Positions 1 to 10,060 of a stretch of DNA of 64,000 nt are shown in pieces. The position numbers and the translations under genes are program-made. The stretch covers positions 96,001 through 160,000 of the forward strand of contig JBPCLP010000011.1 of the NCBI GenBank assembly GCA_051003195.1, written 5' to 3'. The notes beneath the pieces were generated by a model. The model was not told where the DNA came from and did not search any database. It saw nothing but the letters and a program-made list of their open reading frames with translations. Positions within the stretch are counted from its first letter, which is position 1; every line of letters starts with the position of its first letter. The stretch comes from Candidatus Sumerlaeaceae bacterium. Lineage in GTDB: Bacteria > Sumerlaeota > Sumerlaeia > Sumerlaeales > Sumerlaeaceae.

Positions 1-1599
1 GAACTGGATATCACCCTCGTTCGGCCCGTCACGCTCGGCGGCAAAGTGCTTAACGCCATAACCAGCGAGCCTCTCGCCGGCGTCACCGTGATTCATCCTA
101 ATGATAATGACGAGGTTTTTGGAGTGCTCGGCTCTATTAACACTGGTCCCGGCGGGACTTTTGTTTTTGAGGAATGTCACCCCGGGCGTGTAATTACACG
201 TGTCAGCACGCCGGGCTTTCGCACCACCACGGTCCGACTTCGGGCACCGACTACGACCGCTACCATCCTGCTAATGCCCGGTGGGTCAACCGTTCGCGGG
301 GTCACGGTCGACCGCCTCACCAGCAAGCCGCAGTCCGGGGCTCGTGTATGGCTTGAGACAGATAACTCCGGTGGAAACCGACAGTTTCGCGACTCGAAGA
401 TGAGTGCAGACGACGGAAAGTTCGAGTTCAAGGATCTCCCGGCTGGAAGCTACCGTATATACGCCATTCGCGGAATGCGATCCGAGCGGCAGGAGTTCGA
501 GCTGGGGGACAATGAAACCAGGGATGGCATTTCAATCACACTGCCGGCGGACCTGTTCGTGAGTGGCAAAGTTGTGGATGCAAATGAAGGCAAGGTGCTG
601 CCCGGCGTGCGTATCTGGTACCGTGCACCTTCGGGAAACAACTCGGTGCTTAGCGATAAAGACGGGCTGTTTGCGTTCGATACCATGGCGGTCAACAGCT
701 ACACCATCCAGGTTCACGAGAAAGGCTACCTGCCTGTTCTGGAGAAGAAAACAACGGGCGTTGTGGAGTCCATAACTCGACGCGTGCCGCAGAATTCGTC
801 CTCCGACAGCTTTGTCCTTCGACTGCGTCCCGTTCCTGCGATCACCGGTATCGTGACGAGTCGCCGCCGGGAAGATTCTCCGAAACAGCCGGTGTGGAAC
901 GCCGATGTTTCGGTCGACTACCTCATAGGCGAGGATCACGAAAAGATCGTAACGAAGTCGGGACCCAAAGGTGATTTCTTTGTGAACCTGCCGATCAAAC
1001 GCCGCGGCGATGCCAAGATAATCGCTTATAAAAACAATGCCATCGACGCGGCCAGCATCAAGGTGCCAAGCCGAAAGCCCATAGAACTGAACCTGAAACG
1101 CAACATGCTGTTCGGTAGCCTTGTTCTTTCGGACCAGAGCGCACTGGATGGCATCAAGGTCGCAGTCTCACATTTCCTTCCGGAAAAGAGCGAGCGCCCG
1201 CTGGTTCTCCATGAACGGGATTTCTATACCGGTTTTGGCGGACGCTTTTCTGTGCCGATGCCCGAGAAGCAGAAAGTGCAGTTAACTTTCTTTCTACCAG
1301 ATAGCATACTAATTCCGAAAACCTATCAGACAGACAATTTACTGAACCGGCGAAGCACGTTCATCTACGATCCGATTACCAATGATGTGCTGCTGGACAG
1401 CGGTGGCCAGGCACGCAATCGCGGCAGAGGTCCCGGGCAGGGACAAGGACAGGACCGCGAACGTGGAAGACCCGGCAATTCTGATCGAGGGCAGGGCCGT
1501 CCTGGCAACGGAGATGGCGGAACTCGACCCGGTCGTGATGGCCGTCCCGGTGGCGGTCAGGGCGGTGGCGGTGGTGGCGGGCAAAAGCAGAATAAGTAA
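1..1599 (+). CDS. Carboxypeptidase-regulatory-like (prealbumin-fold) repeat protein, 5'-truncated by the window edge, with a Gly/Arg-rich disordered C-terminal tail
   Basis: Frame is open from base 1. Repeated 'V.G.V.D...G.P..GA.V....S..DG.F.F..LPAG.Y' beta-sandwich units; tail GRPGN...GGGGGG. Confidence 0.7.
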   Translation, partial: ELDITLVRPVTLGGKVLNAITSEPLAGVTVIHPNDNDEVFGVLGSINTGPGGTFVFEECHPGRVITRVSTPGFRTTTVRLRAPTTTATILLMPGGSTVRGVTVDRLTSKPQSGARVWLETDNSGGNRQFRDSKMSADDGKFEFKDLPAGSYRIYAIRGMRSERQEFELGDNETRDGISITLPADLFVSGKVVDANEGKVLPGVRIWYRAPSGNNSVLSDKDGLFAFDTMAVNSYTIQVHEKGYLPVLEKKTTGVVESITRRVPQNSSSDSFVLRLRPVPAITGIVTSRRREDSPKQPVWNADVSVDYLIGEDHEKIVTKSGPKGDFFVNLPIKRRGDAKIIAYKNNAIDAASIKVPSRKPIELNLKRNMLFGSLVLSDQSALDGIKVAVSHFLPEKSERPLVLHERDFYTGFGGRFSVPMPEKQKVQLTFFLPDSILIPKTYQTDNLLNRRSTFIYDPITNDVLLDSGGQARNRGRGPGQGQGQDRERGRPGNSDRGQGRPGNGDGGTRPGRDGRPGGGQGGGGGGGQKQNK

Positions 1600-1608
1600 A
1601 CTGGATTT

Positions 1609-2103
1609 TTAGACAATTCTCTCCAATAGCACCACCGCCATTGCTGCAATTCCCTCTTCGCGACCGACGAATCCGAGCTTTTCCATCGTAGTGGCTTTGA
1701 GCCCGACACAATTGTCAGGGATTCCCAGTACGGACCCAATGTTCCTGATCATGGCCGGCACGTACGGCAAAATTTTAGGGCGTTCAGCAAGGACCGTAGC
1801 GTCGATGTTTGAAATCCTGTAGCCGCGGTTACGCGCGATGTCAGATGCGCCGCGCAAAAAAACGGTGCTGTCGCAATCGCGCCAGCGTTCATCGGTATTC
1901 GGGAAATGCTTGCCGATATCCCCCTCTGCGAGCGCGCCAAGTATCGCATCCGTGATCGCGTGAAGTACGACGTCCGCATCGGAATGCCCATCCAGTCCTT
2001 TGATGAACGGGATTTCGACTCCGCCCAGTACCAGCCGCCTGCCGGCAACGAGTGCATGTACATCGAACCCGTTTCCCACCCTGACCGCCGGCTGTAAATT
2101 CAC
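1609..2103 (-). CDS. ispF: 2-C-methyl-D-erythritol 2,4-cyclodiphosphate synthase
   Basis: RVGNGFDVH, GHSDADVVLHAITDAILGA, DIGKHFP, KATTMEKLGFVGREEGIAA motifs; overlaps ispD by 4 nt. Confidence 0.97.
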   Translation of the reverse strand: MNLQPAVRVGNGFDVHALVAGRRLVLGGVEIPFIKGLDGHSDADVVLHAITDAILGALAEGDIGKHFPNTDERWRDCDSTVFLRGASDIARNRGYRISNIDATVLAERPKILPYVPAMIRNIGSVLGIPDNCVGLKATTMEKLGFVGREEGIAAMAVVLLERIV

Positions 2104-2801
2104 TTGCCAAGCACCTCGTGATCCACGGCGAGCGCACCGGCCACAAGCCAGTCGTCGGGTAACGTGAGTTTCAGGTTGCTGCGCGATCCCTCGACTATTC
2201 GGACGGTGCGACCAAGGTGCTCGAGCGCGCTCGCATCATCGCTGACGTCAACCTTGTCGGCATCACAGCGCTCCAGTGCTTCCACGAGCAGAGGCTTGCG
2301 GAAGATCTGCGGCGTCTGCGCAGCCCACAATTCATCGCGCGGCACCGTTTCACGAACGGCTCCACATTCTGCGCGCTTGATGCTGTCCGTTACTGGTAGC
2401 GCAAAAATCGCAGCACCGTCTACACGTGCGAATTCCAGCGCTTCTTCAAAATTCGGCGGCGGAAACGGCCGCGCACCGTCGTGTATGGCGACGTACTCCG
2501 AGTCAGCACTCAGTGCGCTTACGCCCGCCAGTACCGAATCCTGGCGCCGTCTTCCCCCGGTTACACAATGAACATTGTGCGCGAATGTACGCTGCGACAA
2601 CAGCTGTGTCGCGGTCTTCAGGTGAACCGCAGGCACAACCACAACAATTTCGGAGACAGAATCCTGCTGATCAAAGAATTCGACCGACCACAAAAACAGT
2701 GGCACATCCCTCAGGGGGCGAAATTGTTTCGGTATTTCGCCCCCACCCATGCGCGCACCTGCGCCGCCGGCGACGATGACAACCCCGCAATCCGCGCTCA
2801 T
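2100..2801 (-). CDS. ispD: 2-C-methyl-D-erythritol 4-phosphate cytidylyltransferase
   Basis: AGGAGARMG, PKQF, GGRRRQDSV, IHDGARP, QTPQIF, NLKLT.P.D motifs. Confidence 0.95.
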   Translation of the reverse strand: MSADCGVVIVAGGAGARMGGGEIPKQFRPLRDVPLFLWSVEFFDQQDSVSEIVVVVPAVHLKTATQLLSQRTFAHNVHCVTGGRRRQDSVLAGVSALSADSEYVAIHDGARPFPPPNFEEALEFARVDGAAIFALPVTDSIKRAECGAVRETVPRDELWAAQTPQIFRKPLLVEALERCDADKVDVSDDASALEHLGRTVRIVEGSRSNLKLTLPDDWLVAGALAVDHEVLGK

Positions 2802-2834
2802 TTATTACTCTCCGACAGAATTGAATCTTAGCCA

Positions 2835-3263
2835 GTGCAGGCTGATCCTTGTGACAGGGCAAATCGCCTGCTTTGGCTGGCAGGGTCGGTGTGGACGCTG
2901 CCAAACACATTGCTGGGCGTTGTGCTTGGTTTGTTGAACGGTACAATTCCACAATTCGAAGCCGGTGCAGTCAACTTCTACATGCGGCGCGGAATGGTGG
3001 GACTCGTTTGCAACAAACTTGGCATTTCGGCGTTCACCGTTGGAGACTGCGTTTTGTATTCGGCGGATCCAACCCCAAACCTGCGAGTGCACGAAGGCCG
3101 CCACATCGCGCAGTATCATGCGCTTGGCCTGCTGTTCCTGCCCGCCTACTTTCTTCTTCTGGCTTTCTTTGGCTACGAGGAGCATCCGCTGGAACAAGAC
3201 GCGCGACTTCATGAGCGAACGGTATGTGGGTGCGAAGGGCCAAGCCGACTGAGGGCGAAGTGA
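2835..3263 (+). CDS. Small membrane-associated protein with HExxH zincin-like motif
   Basis: AFTVGD...VHEGRHIAQY...hydrophobic stretch...HPLEQDA pattern; start uncertain. Confidence 0.6.
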   Translation: MQADPCDRANRLLWLAGSVWTLPNTLLGVVLGLLNGTIPQFEAGAVNFYMRRGMVGLVCNKLGISAFTVGDCVLYSADPTPNLRVHEGRHIAQYHALGLLFLPAYFLLLAFFGYEEHPLEQDARLHERTVCGCEGPSRLRAK

Positions 3264-3282
3264 GAAGTATTTCATTACAAAG

Positions 3283-3363
3283 TCACGGACACAGAGGGGC
3301 TTTCCAGAGATGTTTGCCTCCTGGTAAAACTTCTGTGTCTCTGTCCTCTGTGCCTCTGTGGCT
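3283..3363. repeat. REP-like palindromic element (CACAGAG/CTCTGTG family) between convergent genes
   Basis: CACGGACACAGAG ... TCTGTGTCTCTGTCCTCTGTGCCTCTGTGGCT; related sequence at 15955-15992. Confidence 0.6.
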
Positions 3364-3375
3364 CACTAGCAAACT

Positions 3376-6219
3376 TCATCCCTTCAGCATGGTTGCCAGC
3401 TTCTTCAGTCCGGCGTCCACATTGTTGCCAAGGTTGATCAGCGCCGCCCTGCGCTCGTGGTTGTCCAGCGCACGAAAATCGCCGATCGCCTGGCTCTGGA
3501 TGAGTGCGCCGAAGCTTGTCCCCTCTCCCGGAATGTCCACGTCCAGTTTCGGCTGCGACATGATGACGAAGAACACACCCGTGTTCGGTCCGCCCTTATG
3601 CAGCTGACCTGTCGAGTGCAGATAGCGCGGCCCAAATCCCAACGTGGTAGCGTGCTTCGTGAATTTTAGCAATCCCGCGCGTAACATGGCAAGCCGCTGC
3701 TGGTTCTCATCCGCCGCCGGCAAAAACGCGGAGATGGTGATGTAGTCGCTGTTCCCGGTCGTGGCGGCAAGCCCCCGCAAAACTGAAACGGAATCTTTTC
3801 CGGCATTCTTTCTGAGCGCCGCCCGCGCCGCCTTGCTCAGCGTGACAGTAAATCCTCCCTCCTCAAGCGCTGGCTTAGGCAGTGGCACACGTTTCCTGGT
3901 CTTGTACTCCTTCAGAATCTCTCCCGTGATCTGCTTGCTCTCGGAGACATTCGGCTCATCAAACGGGTTAATTCCAAGCAGGGCGCCCGCCGTTGCAGTG
4001 GCCACCTCCCAGCGATAAAACTCCGCGCCTAGATTGATGGCGTCCCCCACCCGAATCCGGATCACCGGCGCACCCGCCTTCTCCAGCACAGCGAGATCAA
4101 TCTGCACGGGATCTTGCGCAAGCTCAATGCTGACGAACACGCGGTCGTTGCCATAGGTGTCAGCCGCAACAACCGGCTCCAGGTCCACCGGCAGAATTCC
4201 TTTACCCTCCTTGCCGGTGCTTTCCGCGACAAGCTGCTCGATCCACGACCCGAGCGAAGCGAGCTGCGGTGACGTGATCAGCGTCATCTTGTTCCGCCCG
4301 CTTTTGGCAAGCACGCCCAGCGCCGCCCCGAGGCGAATCCCTGGATCCAGCGCCGCATTCATCATTGTCCTGCCATCGCGCGAAAACGCGACTGCGCGCT
4401 CCAGCAACGTCTTTACGTCCATGCCGATCATCGCCATCGGCACCAGTCCAAACAGAGAAAGGGCGCTATATCGCCCGCCAATGTCCGCCGGATTTTCAAA
4501 CGTCTTACGGAACTTCTTCTCTTTCGCCAGTTTCCCAAGCGAAGTTCCCGGGTCGGTAATGGCAATGAAGTTACCGCCGGGCTGCGCCACGCCTGCCTCC
4601 TCAAGTTTCTTCCAGAAGTATTTGAACAGGCTCATCGTTTCAATGGTGCCGCCGCTCTTGCTCGCCGCAATAAAGAGCGAGCGCTTCACGTCCATTGCTC
4701 CAGTCGCCGCGGCAATATGTTCCGGCGACGTCGTATCCAGCACGATCAACTGCGGATAACCCTGTTTTGAACCAAACACTTCCGCGCAGACTTCCGGGCA
4801 CAGGCTGCTGCCACCCATTCCCAGCAGAACCACTTGCTTGAAACCTGCCTTCTTCACCTCGGCTGCAAACGACGTTAGCTCCGCGGTACGCGCCTGCATC
4901 TTCTCAGGAACGTCAATCCAGCCGAGGCGGTTTGCGACGCTGTCATGTTGTGCCGCATCCTTCGCGAACAGCGCCACGTCCTTGCCGTACAGCCGCGGAC
5001 CAAACCGCGCCTCGCTCATGCTCTCCAGCACCGCCGATACCTGCTTACCCACGCTGCCAAGGTTTTCAGTCTGGCTTTCCGCCGGCCAGCCCACCAGCGC
5101 CGCGCGTTTCTGGCTGATTCCACCCAGCAGCTTGTCGAAGGGCTGGTTAAATTTCGTCACGCCTTCTTCCATGACCTGCCACGTGCTTCCCGTCAGGTCG
5201 ACTCCCAGCTTCTTCAGATCGCGAAGCACGGCACGCGCATCCTCCACCCCGTCCTCGATCGTGTTGCAGCGCACCACTCCCCTCGCCCGCCACGCATCGA
5301 TCGTCGCAAGCGGCATCGTGTTCACCGTGTCCTCACCGATCAACGGCGTCACATATACATCTTCCGCGTACAGCGAGTTCTTGCTGCTCGTGCTCGCCCA
5401 CAGCGGACGCTGCACCTTGGCACCGGCCCGCGCCAGCGCCTTCCATCGAGCACCCGAGAACGTCTCCTTGAAATCCTGGTAAGCCACCTTTGCGCACGCG
5501 ATCGCCGTCTTGCCCAGGTACTCCTGCGGCGCCGGCATACCTTTGGGCCGATTCTCCACGATCCGGTTCGCAATCAGCTTATCCACCAGCACGTCGATGC
5601 GGCTGACGAAGAAACTCGCCACCGACACAATCCCCTTTACCGGGAGCTTCGTCTTCACCCGCTGCTCGATCCCCGCGATATACGCCTCCATCACCTTCGC
5701 GTACGCATCCAGCGAGAAGATCAGCGTCACGTTCACGTTGATGCCGTCGGCGATGAGGCGCTTGATCGCGGGAATTCCAGCCGGCGTCGCCGGCACCTTG
5801 ATGAACACATTCTCCCGCCCGACGGCTTCCCACAACCGGTGCGCTTCCTCGATGGTGCCCTTCGTATCGAAAGCCAGATACGGCGAAACTTCCAGCGAGA
5901 TCAGCCCGTCGACCCCATTGCTGCTCTCAAACACCGGCTGCAGCACATCTGCCGCCTTCTGGATATCCGCAACCGCCAGCGCCTCGTAAATCTCCGCCGA
6001 GCTCATACCCCCCAGCGCCAGCTTTTTGATCTGGTCGTCGTACAGGTTACTCCCGCTGATCGCCTTCTGGAAAATGTCCGGGTTCGACGTCACGCCACGC
6101 AGCCCGTCTTCCCGGATCATCCGCTTCAGCGTGCCGTCCTGGATCATCTCCCGGCTGATCGTATCCATCCAAAAGCTCTGGCCGCACTCCAGCAACTGCT
6201 TTAGCGGGTTTTGTTTCAT
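3376..6219 (-). CDS. tal-pgi: Bifunctional transaldolase / glucose-6-phosphate isomerase fusion
   Basis: N-half GVTSNPDIF, SLEVSP, FIKVPAT, NVTLIFS, RPLWASTSSK; C-half GMGGSSL, ASKSGGTIET, GGRYSALS, EQLVAESTGK, HSTGQLHKGG. Confidence 0.95.
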   Translation of the reverse strand: MKQNPLKQLLECGQSFWMDTISREMIQDGTLKRMIREDGLRGVTSNPDIFQKAISGSNLYDDQIKKLALGGMSSAEIYEALAVADIQKAADVLQPVFESSNGVDGLISLEVSPYLAFDTKGTIEEAHRLWEAVGRENVFIKVPATPAGIPAIKRLIADGINVNVTLIFSLDAYAKVMEAYIAGIEQRVKTKLPVKGIVSVASFFVSRIDVLVDKLIANRIVENRPKGMPAPQEYLGKTAIACAKVAYQDFKETFSGARWKALARAGAKVQRPLWASTSSKNSLYAEDVYVTPLIGEDTVNTMPLATIDAWRARGVVRCNTIEDGVEDARAVLRDLKKLGVDLTGSTWQVMEEGVTKFNQPFDKLLGGISQKRAALVGWPAESQTENLGSVGKQVSAVLESMSEARFGPRLYGKDVALFAKDAAQHDSVANRLGWIDVPEKMQARTAELTSFAAEVKKAGFKQVVLLGMGGSSLCPEVCAEVFGSKQGYPQLIVLDTTSPEHIAAATGAMDVKRSLFIAASKSGGTIETMSLFKYFWKKLEEAGVAQPGGNFIAITDPGTSLGKLAKEKKFRKTFENPADIGGRYSALSLFGLVPMAMIGMDVKTLLERAVAFSRDGRTMMNAALDPGIRLGAALGVLAKSGRNKMTLITSPQLASLGSWIEQLVAESTGKEGKGILPVDLEPVVAADTYGNDRVFVSIELAQDPVQIDLAVLEKAGAPVIRIRVGDAINLGAEFYRWEVATATAGALLGINPFDEPNVSESKQITGEILKEYKTRKRVPLPKPALEEGGFTVTLSKAARAALRKNAGKDSVSVLRGLAATTGNSDYITISAFLPAADENQQRLAMLRAGLLKFTKHATTLGFGPRYLHSTGQLHKGGPNTGVFFVIMSQPKLDVDIPGEGTSFGALIQSQAIGDFRALDNHERRAALINLGNNVDAGLKKLATMLKG

Positions 6220-6332
6220 AGGTTTTCGAAATCCTGGTTAGTTGTTTGCTAAGTTTGTTGTTGTGAAGGACATCTAATCGTCCGCTCCGGTTTCCAGCAG
6301 CGGTTCACAATAAGAGGGATTATACGTATTGG

Positions 6333-7673
6333 CTAGCTCGCGGGTTCATCCACCGGCGCGGGCTCCAGGCGCGGTACCAGCAGATGGATAATGAGTAGCG
6401 TAAACAGGTAGGCGCAGCTCGCCGCAACAAACATCGGGAAATATTGCCCGGTATTTTTCAGCACCCGGCCGACAGTCTCCGAGAAAGCCACGCCACCCAG
6501 TCCGCCCATCATTCCGCCGATGCCCACCACTGAGCCGACGGCGCGCCGCGGGAATGTATCCGACACCAGCGTGAACAGGTTTGCCGACCATCCCTGGTGC
6601 GCTGCCAGCGCCAGCGCGATCAGCCCGATCGCCACCCACTTGCTGTCGGTCATGGCCGCGTAGAAAACCGGCACCACGCATAGCGCGCAAACCAGCATGG
6701 CGGTCTTGCGCGCGCGATTCACGCTGAAACCATTCTTTATCAGTCGGGAAGACAGCCAACCGCCGCCAACGCTCCCAACATCCGCCGCAAGGTAGATAAC
6801 CACCAGGGGCAGGCTGACCTCGCGAAGCGTGACATTGAAGTTCGACTTCAAAAAGCTGGGCAGCCAGAAAAGAAAAAACCACCAGATAGGATCGGTCATC
6901 ATCTTTCCAAGCGCAAATGCCCACGTCTGACGGAAAGGAAACAGGCGACCCCAGGGGATCTGTTCGGAGCTGGCTTCAGGCGGATCGCTGTTTATATACG
7001 CGAGTTCAGCGGCGCTTAATTTTGGGTGTTCGGACGGTCTGCGATAAATGGCAACCCAGAAGACAACCAGAATTAATCCAATACCACCTGTTGCGATAAA
7101 CGCCCACTGCCATCCATAGGTGATTGCAAGCCAGGGCACCACCAGCGGTGCTGCTATCGCTCCAACATTCGAACCTGAATTAAAAACCCCGATTGCCAGT
7201 GCGCGCTCACGTTTGGGAAACCATTCCGCTACCGATTTAACCGCGGCCGGAAAGTTGCCCGCTTCAGTGATGCCGAGTCCGAAACGCGCAACGCCCCAGC
7301 TGAAGGCCGAACGCGCGCCGGCATGCGCCATGGCCGCGATGCTCCACAGACCAATCGCCAGCCCCAGACCGAGACGAGACCCGAACCGGTCCATCACGCG
7401 CCCCGCAAACAGCAGCCCCACAGCGTACGATAGCTGGAACGCCATGTTGATGCGTGCAAAATCCTGCTCGCTCCACTTAAACAGCACCTTCAGATCCGGA
7501 CCCAGGATGCTCAGGACCTGCCTGTCGATGTAGTTTACCGTCGTCGAGAAGAACAGTAGTGCGCAGATCACCCAGCGATACATCCCCACCTTGCGCCACA
7601 TGGTGGGGTCCGCATCGCGCCCGGCATCATTCAGTACGCCTGGCGTTACCTCGTTTACATTGGCAGCCGACAT
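6333..7673 (-). CDS. exuT: MFS hexuronate transporter (ExuT-like, ACS family)
   Basis: TTVNYIDRQ, EAGNFPAA.K.VAEWFP..ERA.A.G.FNSG.N.GA, DP.WWF.LFWLP, AAHQ.WS.N; about 12 hydrophobic segments. Confidence 0.88.
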   Translation of the reverse strand: MSAANVNEVTPGVLNDAGRDADPTMWRKVGMYRWVICALLFFSTTVNYIDRQVLSILGPDLKVLFKWSEQDFARINMAFQLSYAVGLLFAGRVMDRFGSRLGLGLAIGLWSIAAMAHAGARSAFSWGVARFGLGITEAGNFPAAVKSVAEWFPKRERALAIGVFNSGSNVGAIAAPLVVPWLAITYGWQWAFIATGGIGLILVVFWVAIYRRPSEHPKLSAAELAYINSDPPEASSEQIPWGRLFPFRQTWAFALGKMMTDPIWWFFLFWLPSFLKSNFNVTLREVSLPLVVIYLAADVGSVGGGWLSSRLIKNGFSVNRARKTAMLVCALCVVPVFYAAMTDSKWVAIGLIALALAAHQGWSANLFTLVSDTFPRRAVGSVVGIGGMMGGLGGVAFSETVGRVLKNTGQYFPMFVAASCAYLFTLLIIHLLVPRLEPAPVDEPAS

Positions 7674-10060
7674 TCGCCTCTCCTCATTGACTGGTCATCG
7701 ACCGAATAGATGCCCGTTTGCCCAATTGGTTGTGGGTTGCTACTAAGTTCCACACGGACTTCAACTTGTTTTCCATCCGGTCCAACAGCTGTAAAACTCA
7801 GGTAGCCAGGGGCCAGTTCCAGGTAGTGCGTTGCGCCTGTCCGAATCGCAATGCGGCCGCTCCCCTGCTGGACAAGCTTGGGTCCAATGCTGGAATATAT
7901 AAGTGGAGAATTCGCGCCATAGAGCATCGTGACGAAGGTTGCGTTTTTGCCGTGCTGACGCGCAATGACAGCGGGAATTTGATGGAGCGCACTCTCAGCG
8001 GGACATCGCGCCGTGAACCACTCCGTTCCAGAAGTCGGAGGGGCTTCCAACATGAGAAGCGGCTGTGTGCCGCTCGTCCACATCGCGCGGGGGAACTGGT
8101 CTGGCCTGATGCGGGAGGTGTCGGTGAAGTACGAAAGCTGCAGAGTCTGGGTGGTGACGGGTTCAGCGGTTCCGGGGAACTCGATGCTGTCTCCGTCGCC
8201 ATGCAATATCCAGTCGTACTGGTGTTCGATGTCCGCAGTGATCTGATCGAGAACGACCGCGTACTCGGACGTAAGGGCAATTGCGCGGCGCCACGTCGCC
8301 CCGGGGCAGACCTCAGTCGTCTCGGCGCAGGCGAGCTTCACTTGAGGAGTGTCTTTGAACGCGATCAGTCGCCCAAATTTCGTATGGGGCTGGTCCTTGC
8401 CGTCGAAGCGGATTGTGTTATGGCTTTGTGTACTTTTGTAATATGGCATCAGCTTGCTCCCATAACTGCAGGTGCCGTAATCCGCACAAAGCAACTGATT
8501 GCCGGCGAAGTAGGTGATACCCATTTTGTCGGACTGCCCATGACTCAGGAACGGGCCGTAGTCGAATGTCATCATTGTATCCAATTCAGGGCTCCCGCGC
8601 TTCGAGGGCTGACGGAGACAGGCAATTCCAAGCACCGGGAAATTGCTCGCCCCGAAGCCTGGAGGTTCAACCTGAGTGGGGACTATATCATGCACCAGTG
8701 ACCAGGCATCGACAACATCCGGGCTGAGTGTTTTGGCGGCGTCGCCGAGCGCGCGCAACTGTTGCACAGCCCAGCCGAGCTCAGGCAGCTTGTAACGATT
8801 GTATCCGATCTGGTAGATATCCAGTGGGAGGTAGGATCGGAACCACCCGTCGTTAATAGCAGGCAACTGGAAGTTGGGATACATATACCGCAGCGGCGCA
8901 GTGAACATGGCGCGCAGGCCCTTGCCGGGGCGTGCCTGCCAGTTGTATAAATCGATGCCGACATTTGCACAGGCCTCGGCGAGGTGCAGAAATCCTCGCA
9001 TTGGATAGAAGTGATACGTGTGCACCGATTCAGGCCAGAGGCCGTCATCGCCCAGTTGCCTGTCGATCTGGGACTTGAACCCGGCAATCGCGTAGTCGAT
9101 AAACCGCTGGTGCCGCGTCGCCACGCCTACCACCCCGACCGCGGACAAATGCCAGGAGCCCCAGTTACCACCGAGGCCCATTTTTACCAGGCCTTCGGTA
9201 CCTTCCCAGAAGAGGTCGCGCTCGATGTGTTGTTTCTGCGCGTCAGTGAGCGCGCCCGTGTCGGCGATGAGGTCGTAAGCCTGGGCCAGCGTGATGAAGC
9301 TCACGGACTCATCCAGCGACTGGTAGAATATCCCGCCCTGGAGCGCGCCTGTATGACGACCCGGATACGCGTCGGCATATTTGAGGAGGATGTCGGCGGC
9401 TTTCGCGCGGTAGTCGGCGCGTTGTTCTATGGCGCCGGCGAGCGCGAGGTCCAGGCACGCCCTCGTGAGCCACGAATGTTCGACTGCCCGGAACGCACCT
9501 TCGATTTTTGGCCCGCTGTATTGTCGGCCGCATGCGGGGCAGGCGAATTGCGTGGTGGATGTGAGATCGGTGAGAATGCGTGGCGGGTCAGGGGGCTGGA
9601 GTCGCGTTCCATCGACGCAGACGAAGTCGTGCCAGTAGCCGCTGCGGGGTGGTATGGTATTGGGCTGAGTAAGCCAGTGGTCGGCGTTGGTTTTGACGGC
9701 GGTAAGATAGAGCTGGTGCAGGCGGCCGCCGGGGACCGTGTCGCGGCGGAGTTGCTGAAGTTTGTCGGCGGTGAGGAGGACGTAGGGCCGGGTGCTGGTG
9801 GTGACGGAGGTGCAGGGACGTGCTCCGGCGGAGGGATCGGAGAGAGTTGGGGTGGTTTCGGCTGCGAGGGCGGGAGCAGCGAGCGCGGTCGTGCATAAAG
9901 CGGTACTGAAGTACCGCAATCCAAAAGCGCGCAAGCGCGCTATATTCGCTGCGGCAGCCAAGCACAAAGCGGTGCTAGAGCAGGTGAAGCGATGCTGCGC
10001 AAGCGCAGCGGCCCGCAGTCCAAAAGCGCGCAAGCGCGCTATGATTTTTTCCGAGGTCAC
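7655..10060 (-). CDS. Secreted heparinase II/III-family polysaccharide lyase (alginate/GAG oligosaccharide lyase-like)
   Basis: QSLDES, GNW..W, DGLWPES..YHFY, PAINDG, HGQSDKM, DYGT..Y, SHNT...DG.DQ motifs. GTG start at 10060 overlaps the upstream TGA (GTGA), so the ORF-track start at 10162 is probably too long. Confidence 0.8.
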   Translation of the reverse strand: MTSEKIIARLRAFGLRAAALAQHRFTCSSTALCLAAAANIARLRAFGLRYFSTALCTTALAAPALAAETTPTLSDPSAGARPCTSVTTSTRPYVLLTADKLQQLRRDTVPGGRLHQLYLTAVKTNADHWLTQPNTIPPRSGYWHDFVCVDGTRLQPPDPPRILTDLTSTTQFACPACGRQYSGPKIEGAFRAVEHSWLTRACLDLALAGAIEQRADYRAKAADILLKYADAYPGRHTGALQGGIFYQSLDESVSFITLAQAYDLIADTGALTDAQKQHIERDLFWEGTEGLVKMGLGGNWGSWHLSAVGVVGVATRHQRFIDYAIAGFKSQIDRQLGDDGLWPESVHTYHFYPMRGFLHLAEACANVGIDLYNWQARPGKGLRAMFTAPLRYMYPNFQLPAINDGWFRSYLPLDIYQIGYNRYKLPELGWAVQQLRALGDAAKTLSPDVVDAWSLVHDIVPTQVEPPGFGASNFPVLGIACLRQPSKRGSPELDTMMTFDYGPFLSHGQSDKMGITYFAGNQLLCADYGTCSYGSKLMPYYKSTQSHNTIRFDGKDQPHTKFGRLIAFKDTPQVKLACAETTEVCPGATWRRAIALTSEYAVVLDQITADIEHQYDWILHGDGDSIEFPGTAEPVTTQTLQLSYFTDTSRIRPDQFPRAMWTSGTQPLLMLEAPPTSGTEWFTARCPAESALHQIPAVIARQHGKNATFVTMLYGANSPLIYSSIGPKLVQQGSGRIAIRTGATHYLELAPGYLSFTAVGPDGKQVEVRVELSSNPQPIGQTGIYSVDDQSMRRGECRLPM

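Noticed and set aside
4945..6204. Long antisense ORFs (also 39128..40390, 11095..12216, 33350..34276, 49797..50768, 58406..59422)
   Set aside because: These are shadow frames opposite well-supported genes in GC-rich DNA.
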